From positions 1 through 37,440 of the forward strand of contig JWZX01002884.1 of the NCBI GenBank assembly GCA_001275005.1: DNA of 37,440 nt, read 5' to 3'. The notes beneath the pieces were generated by a model. It did no database searches, had not been told where the DNA came from, and saw only the letters and a program-made list of their open reading frames with translations. Shown here one piece after another: positions 19,061-29,060 of this stretch; within the stretch, counting starts at the first letter, position 1; every line of letters begins with the position of its first letter. The translations under genes and the position numbers were made by a program. This DNA is from Chrysochromulina tobinii. Lineage: Eukaryota.

Positions 19061-22000
19061 ATGGCGGCGAACTCCATCGCGCCCCCGCCAAACGACGCGG
19101 ATGATGAGACCAAGCGCTTGCAAGCCGATAGCGACGCGGTAGGCGCCGCGCAGGACTCGGAGATATTCGCCAACTACGCACCAACACACGCCAACCCAGG
19201 CCCTCCGCACCCTGGAGACGTCGCGGAGGCAGCCTCGCTCGCGGCGACGGCAGCACCGAGAACGACCTACGAAGTCATCGAGGTGCTTCGCACGGGCGGC
19301 ACGCTCTCTAACTTGCAGCTCGAGTGTGTGCAACTCGCTTCGCAGCGTCACCTTACGGTGCTGCCCATGCAGCCGCCGACGCGCTGTGGCTTCTTCCTGG
19401 GCGACGGGGCGGGCGTCGGCAAGGGACGGCAGCTGGCGGGCATCATCCTGGACAACCTCGCCCGCGGTCGATCCAAGCACCTCTGGTTTTCCTCTTCAGC
19501 CGACCTGAAACACGACGCCGTCCGCGACCTGAGCGACCTCGGCTGCCATCTGCCCGTTCACGACGGGTGCCAGGGCCTAGACCGCGGTTCCAAGGGGCTC
19601 GGCCTCTCGACCGAGATGACCCGGGGCGTGCTCTTCTCGACGTACGCCACGCTCGTCTCGGCCACCAGCGCGCAGAAGCAGAGTGGCAAGAGCCGGCTGC
19701 GCCAGCTTGTCGAATGGTGCGGCGGACCCGACTTCGAGGGCTGCCTGATGCTCGACGAGTGCCACAAGGCGAAAAACTTCCAGCCGGGCAAGGAGGAAGC
19801 GTCCTCGAAGGTGGCGCAGGCGGTCATCGAGCTGCAGCGCGCGCTGCCGATGGCGCGCGTCGTCTACTGCTCCGCCACGGGCGCCTCGGACCTATCGAAC
19901 ATGGCCTACATGGAGCGTCTAGGGCTATGGGGGCCCTTCTCAGCCTTCGCCACCTTCGAGGCGTTCACAGAGGGCGTCAAGAACCGCGGCGTGGGCGGCC
20001 TCGAGATGCTCGCGATGGAGATGAAGGCGAGCTCGCCACTGAGGCCCACTGATGGCTTGTGATGGGCCTCGGAGTCCCTCTGATGGGCCTTTGATGGGCC
20101 TCTGAGTGCCTCTGAGTGCCTCTGAGTGCCTCTGAGTGCCTCTGATTGCCTCTGATTGCCTCGGATTGCCTCTGATTGCATCGGATTGCCTCGGATGGGC
20201 CTTTGATTGCCTCGGATTGCCTCGGATTGCCTCTGATGGGCCTCGGTTTGCCTCTGATGGTCTCTGCTGATGCCCGCCCTCATCAGGCGAGCGGCTCGTA
20301 CCTGATTGCCTCTGATGACCTCTGATTGCCCCCCTCATCAGGCGAGCGGCTCGTACCTGAGCCGCGGCCTCTCCTATCGCGAGGCCGAGTTCGAGCTCGC
20401 CACGGTCCCGCTCACCTTCGAGCAACGCGCGTGCTTCGATGCAGCGGCGCATTTCTGGTCGGATCGTCTCTTGCCGGCTGTCGAGACGGCGGTGGCGCGG
20501 ACACAGACGGCCGCCGGCCGCCTCGCGCAGCAGGCATGGTCCGCACATCAACGGTTCTTCAAACAGCTCTGCGTGAGCTGCAAGGTGTGGCACCCGCGCT
20601 CGTGTTGAACGCCCAGCACGGCGCCAGACCTCCCGCTTGCATGCGAGTGCCCATCACGGCGCGCGTCGCCCTCCGACGCGAGCGCCCAGCCCGGCGCTCT
20701 CGCATGCACGCGCTCACAACGGCGCCATTCTACGTACCTCTTCGCATGTCCAGGTGCCCGCGCTCGTCGAGCGCGCGCGTGCCGCGCAAGCCGACGGGTA
20801 CGCCGTCGTGATTGGGCTGCAATCGACGGGCGAGGCGGCGCTCGAGAAGGCGATCGCCGCCGACGCGGACCTGCGTGCCCCCATCTCTCTCTGCCGCGCC
20901 ATCGTGCTCGGGTTCCTCGAAGCTCATTTCCCAGTGACCAAGGCCGCGGACGCCAAGCTCGACAAGGAGCTCAACCGGGCTGAGGAGACTGTGCGTGCAC
21001 ACAACTGACGAAACACGCTTCCCGAATGGCCTCGCTCCTTGACGAAGCACGATTCCCGAATAGCCTCGCTCCTTGACGAAGCACGATTCCCGAATGGCCT
21101 CGCTCCTTGACGAAGCACGATTCCCGAATGGCCTCGCTCCTTGACGAAGCACGATTCCCGAATGGCCACGCTCTTTGACGAAACACGATTCCCGAATAGC
21201 CTCGCTCCTTGACGAGACACGATTCCCGAATCGCCTCGCTCCTTGACGAAACACGATTCCCGAATCGCCTCGCTCCTTGCCTCGCACATAGCGCCGCCCT
21301 GAGCGCCGCCCTGAGCGCCTCCCTGAGCGCCTCCTCATCAGGTGCTGGCCTGCAAACATCAGCTTGCAAGCATCCGTGCGGCCGCCTCGAGCGCCGGCGG
21401 GTACGGGCTGAGCATCGAGTCCCAGCAGGCGATTGCCCAGGCAGAGCGCATGCTCGCGAGCGCTGTCATAGCAGTCGTGCAGCTGCAGGCCGCGGTGGAC
21501 GCAGACAGGGCGGCGAGCGGGCAGATTGATCCGGAGTGCTTTGCCGAGCGCCAACGGCTCGTCGACGAGGTGCGTTGATTGCACTTGATTGCGCTTGATT
21601 ACAATTGATTGCACTTGATTGCTCTTGAGCGCGCGCCAACGGCTGGTCGACGAGGTGACTCGACTCGAGCTGCCACCCGCCCAGCATGCAAGTGCTCACC
21701 ACGGCGCTCGACCCCCCCCTTTCCACAGGTGAATGCACTCGAGCTGCCACCCGCCGCACTCGACGTGCTGATCGACGAGCTGGGCGGCAAGAAGGCGGTC
21801 GCCGAGATGACGGGGCGCAAGTCGCGAATGGTGCGTTCGGCGGATGGTCGACGCTTTGTGCTCGAGGCGCGCGCGAAGCCAGAGTCGTCCGAGATGGAGA
21901 ATTTGAATGTCTCCGAGCGGAACGCCTTCATGGACGGCAAGAAGCTGATCGCGATCATCTCCGACGCCGCCTCGACGGGCATCTCGCTCCAGGTGCGCCG

Positions 22001-25000
22001 AGATTTGGACCGAGATCTGACTGAGATGCGCCCCTGAATCTGCCCCCGATGGTCGCGCCTCGAGAGCTCAATCTCGCTCTATCTCGCTCGATCTCGCTCC
22101 ATCTCACTCCATCTCGCTCGATCTCGCTCGGATCTCGCCCTTCCAGGCGGACAAGCGCGTCGCCAACCAGCGCCGGCGCTGCCACGTCACGCTCGAGCTC
22201 CCGTGGTCCGCCGATAAGGCGGTGCAGCAGCTGGGCCGCTCGCACCGGGCAAACCAGGTCTCGGCACCGCTCTATGTGCTTCTGAATACAGACGTGGGCG
22301 GCGAGTCGCGCTTCGCGTCTGCTGTGGCGCGTCGGCTGCAGGTGAGTCTCGTCAATTGCCTCTGATGGCCTCTGATGGCCACTGATTGCCACTCTCGGCT
22401 GTGGCGGCTGCAGGCGCTCGGGGCGCTCACGAAGGGCGATCGGCGCGCCGAGGCGGGTCTCGGCGCGCTTGACTCGTTCAACTTCGACAACGCGTGGGGC
22501 AAGCGCGCACTCAAGCTCGTGCTCCATGGGCTTGCTGATGGCACGTCGACGCATCCGGCGGTGCTCGCGGCGCTCAGCTCGGCGCGCTACCCACAGATGT
22601 GCGCTGCCTCTGATGACCTCTTGATGGCCTCTGATGACCTCTTGATTGCCTCTGATGACCTATTGATTGCCTCGGATGACCTCTTGATTGCCTCCCTCAT
22701 CGCCTCATCAGGTGCGCGAGCCTCGAGCTGCTTGGCGCCACGAGCCCCGCCGAGCGCGATAAGATGGAGGTGCGTCGCTTCCTCAACCGGCTGCTTGGGC
22801 TGCCTCTGCGTGAGCAGAACGAGCTGTTCGACCTCTTCTGTGCGACGCTCAGTGGCGTCATCAGCGCCGCACGCAAGGATGGCAAGTACGATGAGGGCAT
22901 TGCGGACCTGTCCGGTGCCTCAGTCTCTCTCGAGGAGCCCGAGACGGCGCTCTGGTCGGATCCGCTCACGGGCGCCGTGATGAGCACGGCTCTCGTGATG
23001 GTCGATCGTGGCGTCTCGTGGCACGCTGCGTGTGAGAAGCTCGCCGCACGGCTGGCGCTCGACGGGCAGCAGCAGCCAACAACGACGACGACGACGACGT
23101 CGAGCGCCGTCGCGGGCGCCGTCGTTGGTGGGCAGCGCACGCCCAGCAGCAGTGCACGCGTGCCAAGGTCGTTGGTGAGGGCAGGTAGCACGCGCCGGCC
23201 AAGAGATGTGGACGAGGACGAGGAGGAGGACGAGGGCGAAGGCGAAGACGAGGGGATGTCGGACTTCATCGTGGACGATGACGCAGAGGAGGAGGGGGAG
23301 TCCGCGGCAAGGGGTAGCGAGGAGGCTGGCGAAGACGAAGAGAAGCAATCCGAGGCGGCGGCGGCGGAGGAGGAGGCAGCGACGGCAGCAGCCGCAGAGG
23401 CGGCGGCAGCGGCTGTGGCGCCCGCGGACGTGGAGCTCAATGTCGAGCTCGAAGAAATCTCCGACGACGACGACGACGCTCACGACGACGCGCAGCCCAG
23501 GGCGGGCGGTGCGCCCGCGACGGCGCGTCGTAAGCCGCCCCCCAAGGGCGCAGATCATTGCACTGGCTTCCACCGCTCACGCTTCTTGCAAGCAGGCGAG
23601 CGGCTCTACGTGCTGGCCTTGCCGCGCGCCAACCGGGCCGGTTTGTACCTGCTCACCAGGCCGAGCACAGGGGACTCGCCTTTCGAGGAGGAGGAGGTGC
23701 GATCTCCCTTGATTGCCTCGCTCATCCGAGCACAGCGGACTCGCCTTTCGAGGAGGAGGAGGTGCGATGCGTCGGATGGCGTCTGAGTTGCCTTAGATTG
23801 AACCTGATCCCCCCCTTCCCCTCGTTCCCACCCTCTCTTATTTTTCAGCTGGACCTGCGGCGCAAGTACGAGAAGATCTCGCCGGAGGAGGTGCGATCTC
23901 CCTTGATTGCCTCCCTCATCCGAGAAGATCTCGCCGGAGGAGGTGCGATCTCCCTTGATTGCCTCCCTCATACGAGAAGATCTCGTCGGAGGAGGTGCGC
24001 ATCAGCCGGTCGGCGTGTGCTAGGACGCTCCAATCGCCTCCAATTACCTCTTTCATCGCCTCTGATTGCCTCTCATTTGCCTCTGATGGTCTCCCTCATC
24101 AGGCGCGCCTCGGCTGGACGGCGTCGTATGAGGGCGCTCTGCATGATAAGAGCGGCGGGAGGCTCTCTCGACTCCAAGTGCTCACCGGCTCGACGCTGCC
24201 GCTGCTGCCGCTCCTCGAAGGTCTCGTCAAGAAGCATGCAGGCAGCCTGACGAAGCGCGACCAGTCCGTGGCCGCTATGCGAGTCCAGCTGGGTGAGCGG
24301 TGGCTCGGCGGCGCTCGGATTGACTCAGATTGCCTCGGATTGCCTCGGATTGCCACGGATTGCCACGGACTGCCACGGATTGCCTCGGATTGCCTCGGAT
24401 CGCCTCAGATTGCCTCAGATTGCCTCGAATGGCCTCCCTCATCAGGTGAGCGGCGGCTCGTCGGCGTGCGCTTCCCGCGCTCGCTCATGGGCGATCTCAA
24501 AGCTGAGCTCGTTGCCTTCCAGCAGCAGCGCCAGGCAGGCGCCGGCCAACATCTCACTGTGGATGTTGCCCGACCCTTCGACGCTCACGCCTACGCGCAA
24601 GCGACGCGCCCGCCGCAGACGCTCAAGAACTTCTTTGGAGGTGCGGCGTCAAAGCCCGCGATGGCGCCCAAGATGGCGCCCACGACGGCGTCCAACTTGT
24701 TTGCCGCCTCCTCGTCTACCGCCGGATTGACGCCCACGACAGCGCCCAACCCGACGTCCTCGATCGATCTCACTGCCGAGATCTCGACGCAGAGCGACGC
24801 CGCGTACGCCCAACGGCTGCAGCGGCAGTACGACGAGGAGTCCGTGTCCGCGCCTGCGCCGGGCGGCAAGTCCGGTTTAGGCAAGGACATTGGAAATCCC
24901 GTTTTGGGTAAGGATAAGGGCAAGGTCGCCGTGCGCGCGGCGCCGAGCGGCTCGACGGGCGATGGAGGCACCGGCGTCAAGCGCAAGAGCGTCCTGGAGT

Positions 25001-25035
25001 TGCTCGGCGCGAAGCAAGTGCCGCGCACGCACTGA
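19061..25035 (+). CDS. Strawberry notch / FORGETTER1-like SF2 helicase; exons 19061-20026, 20342-20584, 20754-20990, 21342-21569, 21729-21992, 22147-22341, 22414-22598, 22712-23696, 23849-23890, 24103-24292, 24446-25035 (about 1374 aa)
   Basis: [117 protein letters not shown] and VDRGVSW; all 10 splices keep phase. Confidence 0.92.
20027..20341 (+). other. GC-AG intron with 10-bp satellite and duplicated acceptor
   Basis: aag|gcgagc...cctcatcag|gcgagc; no in-phase GT before the stop at 20062. Confidence 0.8.
21007..21278 (+). repeat. 34-bp minisatellite x8 inside intron 20991-21341
   Basis: gacgaa(g/a)cacgattcccgaat(g/a/c)gcctcgctcctt at exact 34-nt period, followed by 12-bp gagcgcc(g/t)ccct repeats. 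Confidence 0.95.
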
Positions 25036-25842
25036 GGCGATGCGCACGAAGGCAAGCACGCGTCGCGAACGCAATTGCTGCCGCCATGAGCGGCATGGGT
25101 GGCGCCACGAGGGCATCGGCCAATGGTCTCTGAGGGGAGATCATGCGAGATCGGGGGGAACAGTCGTGAGTCCTGTGAGGCGAGGCGCGAGGACGAGGGC
25201 GAGGGGCCGGCAGAACATCCATCCCCTAGTAAGTCGACTAGTAAGTAAAGGAGTAACATCCCGTACACGGTGAGTAACGTAAGCGTAAGAAAAGCGGCAC
25301 GCCTGACGCGGCGGCTCGGCAGCAGGACGGCCAGAACGCGAAATTCAAGATGCCGACATCGGATCCCCGGCCCCCCCCGGGGAGCGGCAGCGGGTCCCGC
25401 TTCCGAAGCGGTTAAAACGTAACGCGCCTAGCGCGCGGGTGGCGCCGGCGGTGTTGAACCGGGGGAAGCAACCGCGCGCGGGCGTCGCGCCTTGGCTTCC
25501 TTCGGCCTCCGTCCTCGCGCGCCGGTGCGGGTGGGCCGCGGCGGGGGGGCGGGGGGCCCCGCGGCCCCGTCCGCGCGCGCCCCGTGGCGCCGCGGTGCTC
25601 CTCGCGGCGGGCGCCGGGTGTAATTCCCGCGCGTCAGCTGTCCAATCGCGCGTCGGGTCTCGGGTGTGTCGTGTTCACGGTCATGTCTTCGGTGCTTGGA
25701 CCTCCGTCGGCGTCGCCGCCGGCTGCCGCAGCCTCCTCCCGGGCGGGGGTCTCCGCCCGCCGCGATGAGCGGAGCGAACCGGCCGTTTTGTGAAAATCGA
25801 GGGTGTTGCCAGAGGGTCCTAAGCTGCAGGGCCTACACTAAG

Positions 25843-26472
25843 CTAGCGCATCTCGTCCTTGGGTACCCCCTTGCGAGGCCCCTTGCTGCGTCTGCTATGC
25901 TTGCCCTTCATCTTCGCCTTGTTGCCCTCCTTCATCACGTTCGCCAGCTCGTCTGCCGCAGCCTTGGCCAGCGCCTCCTCTCGTTCCTTCGTTCCGACCT
26001 TCCAACCCGAAGGCAACTCATCGGTACCATTCCACGTGGCCACCGCCTGCGCCCATGGCAGCACATCCTCCATCGTAGGCCGCCCTCGGTACACAAGGAC
26101 ACGCTTCTCTGGCGGAGCGTTCTTGAAGAACGCCTTGAGCGCTGGCGCTTCCGGCTCGATGCCAGCTTTGAATACCATGCCCACTTTTTGATCCGACGTC
26201 ACGTCGAATCGTCCAAATGCCAGCTCCGGCACGCGCGTTGCAATGTCCTCAAGCACGGGTACGAATTCCTTTGCGCGCGAGCACGCTCCAGCGTACAGCA
26301 TGAGCACGGCCTTGTCATTTCGGATGAGCAGCTGCTGCATAGCGGTCACGTTGAGCGAGGCCACTTGTTGTTCTGCGTTGATCATCACCATTCCGAACCA
26401 AAGGAGAAGCCAGGCCAAGCCTTTGGTGGGACGCGACGCGCTGAAGAAAGGCGTCGATTCGGCGAGCGACAT
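25843..26472 (-). CDS. Secretory thioredoxin-fold (PDI-like) protein with atypical active site
   Basis: Hydrophobic N-terminal segment; AVLMLYAGACSRAKEFVP...AFGRFDV...PALKAF...YRG thioredoxin pattern; C-terminal KDEMR. Confidence 0.7.
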   Translation of the reverse strand: MSLAESTPFFSASRPTKGLAWLLLWFGMVMINAEQQVASLNVTAMQQLLIRNDKAVLMLYAGACSRAKEFVPVLEDIATRVPELAFGRFDVTSDQKVGMVFKAGIEPEAPALKAFFKNAPPEKRVLVYRGRPTMEDVLPWAQAVATWNGTDELPSGWKVGTKEREEALAKAAADELANVMKEGNKAKMKGKHSRRSKGPRKGVPKDEMR

Positions 26473-26612
26473 CGATTTCCCGATTACGATTTCGGCAAGC
26501 GTGCTCGCGAGAGCTCGTTGTGGAGTGTGGTGTGAGGTTTGGGTGACAATACAACAAATGGTAGCACTCGCTATCATAGCCCCTCAAACTCAACGCCACG
26601 ACACAACGTTTC

Positions 26613-27401
26613 TTAGTGCGTGGGCGCGCGCGCCACGCGCGAAAGGCTGTCCGCCTTCACGCCGTACCTCTTCTCATATTTAAATGCCGCGGAGGCTTGC
26701 AACGCCTCGGCCGCGCGTCTCGTATCCGCATCCCGGGCGGCCTGCGCTTCAACGTCGCGGGCAAGCGCCCTCCATTCCTCGGCACGCCTCGTCGCGTCTC
26801 TGCTCCGCGTCTCGAGCTCCGCGGCTTTCGCATCCATCTGCCTCGCCTGCAGCTGCTGATGCCTGCGGGCATCGGCTGCAGCCGCTTGCGGGTTGGGGGG
26901 CGAAATGAATGGGGGCGATGCCGGGCGTGGCGGCTGCTGCGGAGGATAGATTTGCGTGCCGGGTTTCGCAAAGCCATCTTCCCACATTGTCCGTTGGATC
27001 TCAAGTTTGTTGGTCCAGGACGTTGGTCCGGCATCATTCATGAAGGGGTTCTGAGCGTTAGGATGCTGGCCGCGGAAGGTGGCAGACGCTCGATTTGCCA
27101 TGGGCACCCAGAAAATGGCTTCCCGCTTGGTCCGCGGTTGTGCGACCGCCGCTTGACTCAGTGACCACTCTTCGTCGCTAAACATCCTGGTGGCCGCCGG
27201 TGTCTGGCTGGACTTGGCCTTGGCGGCCTCGTTGAGCACACCCGTGAGATCGTTCATTGAGAGGCCGTACTCGCTCATCGTCGTGGTGAGTGAGTCGCGC
27301 GAAGGTGACGCTGACAGCTTGGGCTTCGTCGGGGTCGGGGATGACGGTACTGCGTCACTTTGCGCCGCCCATGGCAAAAACGCGCCCCATGAGAACTCCA
27401 T
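26613..27401 (-). CDS. Hypothetical protein with C-terminal coiled coil
   Basis: 262-aa ATG-led ORF, natural composition, fills the gap between neighbours. Confidence 0.6.
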   Translation of the reverse strand: MEFSWGAFLPWAAQSDAVPSSPTPTKPKLSASPSRDSLTTTMSEYGLSMNDLTGVLNEAAKAKSSQTPAATRMFSDEEWSLSQAAVAQPRTKREAIFWVPMANRASATFRGQHPNAQNPFMNDAGPTSWTNKLEIQRTMWEDGFAKPGTQIYPPQQPPRPASPPFISPPNPQAAAADARRHQQLQARQMDAKAAELETRSRDATRRAEEWRALARDVEAQAARDADTRRAAEALQASAAFKYEKRYGVKADSLSRVARAPTH

Positions 27402-28049
27402 ATGAGACAGTTTCTATCGACGAACGAGATCTTGTGCGACCACGGCGACCCCGACACCGCTGCTCCGCACACGCACACACTTCTCGTGTGCGCTCGCGGA
27501 AAGCCAAAAACCATGAAAAACTTGGCCAAAAAGGGTTTGCACTCGTCAAGTCTTCAAATGTTTTGGTGCCGGTTCACGTTCACGTTAAATTGCCATCTCG
27601 GCAAGACGCACAGCCACAGGTTTTGGTGCCGGTAGCCGTCATAGCCGCAACACATGAGAAGTTAAGACCTGCCGCTTAGCAAGAGACCGTTTTGCAAATC
27701 CCCAACGCTGAAGTGTCAGTGTGTAGTGTGTACAATTGTAGTGTGGTTTTGAGATTCCCTTCGGGCGTGGGGCGTCTCGGCGTCACGTCATCTGAATGAA
27801 GGCCACGCTCGAAACATACAATGCTCGAATCAATGCACAATGGCTCGAATCAGGATCACAGAATGCCTCTGTAGTACGAGTGTACCCGCCCCCGACCCCG
27901 TTTGCTCTACAGCTCTCAGCTGTCCTAAAATTGTTACTGCTAAAACTCCCCACAATAATCGACTCCTATCGTCCCATCTGAGATCTGTACGCGCCTCCAC
28001 ACAGAAACCTATAGTACATGCGAGGCGGAGAGCAGCTGGACTTCCGGGC

Positions 28050-28677
28050 TTAATCGCGGATCGTCATGCTCACGAGCCCCTCTACGTCGACACTAGCCGA
28101 TGCCCAAAACCTGCGTCGTGCACGCCTGCTGGCCGAGAGCTCCTGTTCAGCCGCAGCTCGAGCCCACGCGCTCAGCTCGGGTGTCTCGTCTACCAGCTTC
28201 ACACGGCTTGAACCCTCGTCTAGCCTGTCGACGGTTGATTTCGGAGATAGCGTCATTTTGTGATCCCGCTTTGTGATCCCGCGGCGCGGCAGCCAGGGAG
28301 TCGACGAAGGGTGACCTGCACAGGCGAGCACTGGACCTCTTGGTCAGCATGTGCTGGAAACGACGCTTTGAGCGGCTGCAGATGCATACAGGCAGACGGC
28401 ATCGGGCTTTCGAGGTTCAAGAGCTCTGTTAGCACGCACGGTGTCGGTGACGCATCGCGCTCTCCATCTGCTTCTGCTCGCTGCGCAGGCCTTCGCGGAG
28501 GTGGGAGAGATAGGCGGCCTCCAGTCGTCTGCTGGCATCATCCTCGTTCTCCTCGGCCTCGCAGCACAGCCGCTCGACCCAGTAAAGGTCCTCGGTACTG
28601 ACCATTGACACAACCGATTGTTGCGCGTGCTCCGAACTCATCTCATCGAACAAGGACGCGAGGACGGAGACCTCCAT
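28050..28677 (-). CDS. Hypothetical protein; exons 28677-28440, 28315-28050 (about 167 aa)
   Basis: GTGCGT...TGCAG intron 28439-28316 joins two ORFs in phase 1. Confidence 0.45.
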
Positions 28678-28943
28678 GTGAGTCCGCACTGAACGAATTC
28701 TTTTCGACGAAATCTGATTTCCTTTTCGAGAATGGCCGGAAGCTCCCGACGTCCGAACACCCCCTAGGTCTCAGTCACGCAAGGAGTCGACGGTCCGGTC
28801 GACAAGGTTTGGACTGAAGGAAGCAGGAACGCCGGCCCTAACCGTGGTTCCACACTCAACGGAGAACGGACCACATTCCACACTCAACGGACCACCGCAT
28901 ATGAACCCGTCGTATATGAAATATGATCCTCGCCGATCGTGCC

Positions 28944-29018
28944 GCCTGCCGTAGTTCAGGTCGAGCCTCGCACCGGGCAGTGAGCCCGAGTTCGCGAGTC
29001 GCCATCATGTTGGCAGCG
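28944..29018 (-). promoter_or_regulatory. Eukaryotic SECIS element (form 2) in the msrB 3' UTR
   Basis: Minus strand reads ctgcc aac ATGA tggcgactcgcg AA ctcgggc tcact gcccggt gcgaggctcgacc TGA actac ggcag: helix I, AUGA/UGA core, 12-nt spacing to AA, apical mini-stem. Confidence 0.88.
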
Positions 29019-29060
29019 AGCGCGTCAGCACTGATTCGAACTGATTGAATGCTCTGGCCC

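Noticed and set aside
21007..21278. CRISPR-like array
   Set aside because: The 34-bp units are contiguous with no unique spacers; the context is a eukaryotic intron with no cas genes.
25397..25432. Helitron 3' end (hairpin then CTAG)
   Set aside because: CTAG is not followed by T and no matching 5' TC end was identifiable.
25485..25640. SRP RNA (helix-8-like gaggccgaaggaagc on the minus strand; tgtaattccc on the plus strand)
   Set aside because: The motifs are imperfect and lie on opposite strands.
28835..28845. Telomere or telomerase-template-like ccctaacc
   Set aside because: Single short occurrence, expected by chance.
29025..29050. tRNA T-loop-like gttcgaatc on the minus strand
   Set aside because: No cloverleaf stems; it lies in the msrB 3' UTR just before the SECIS.
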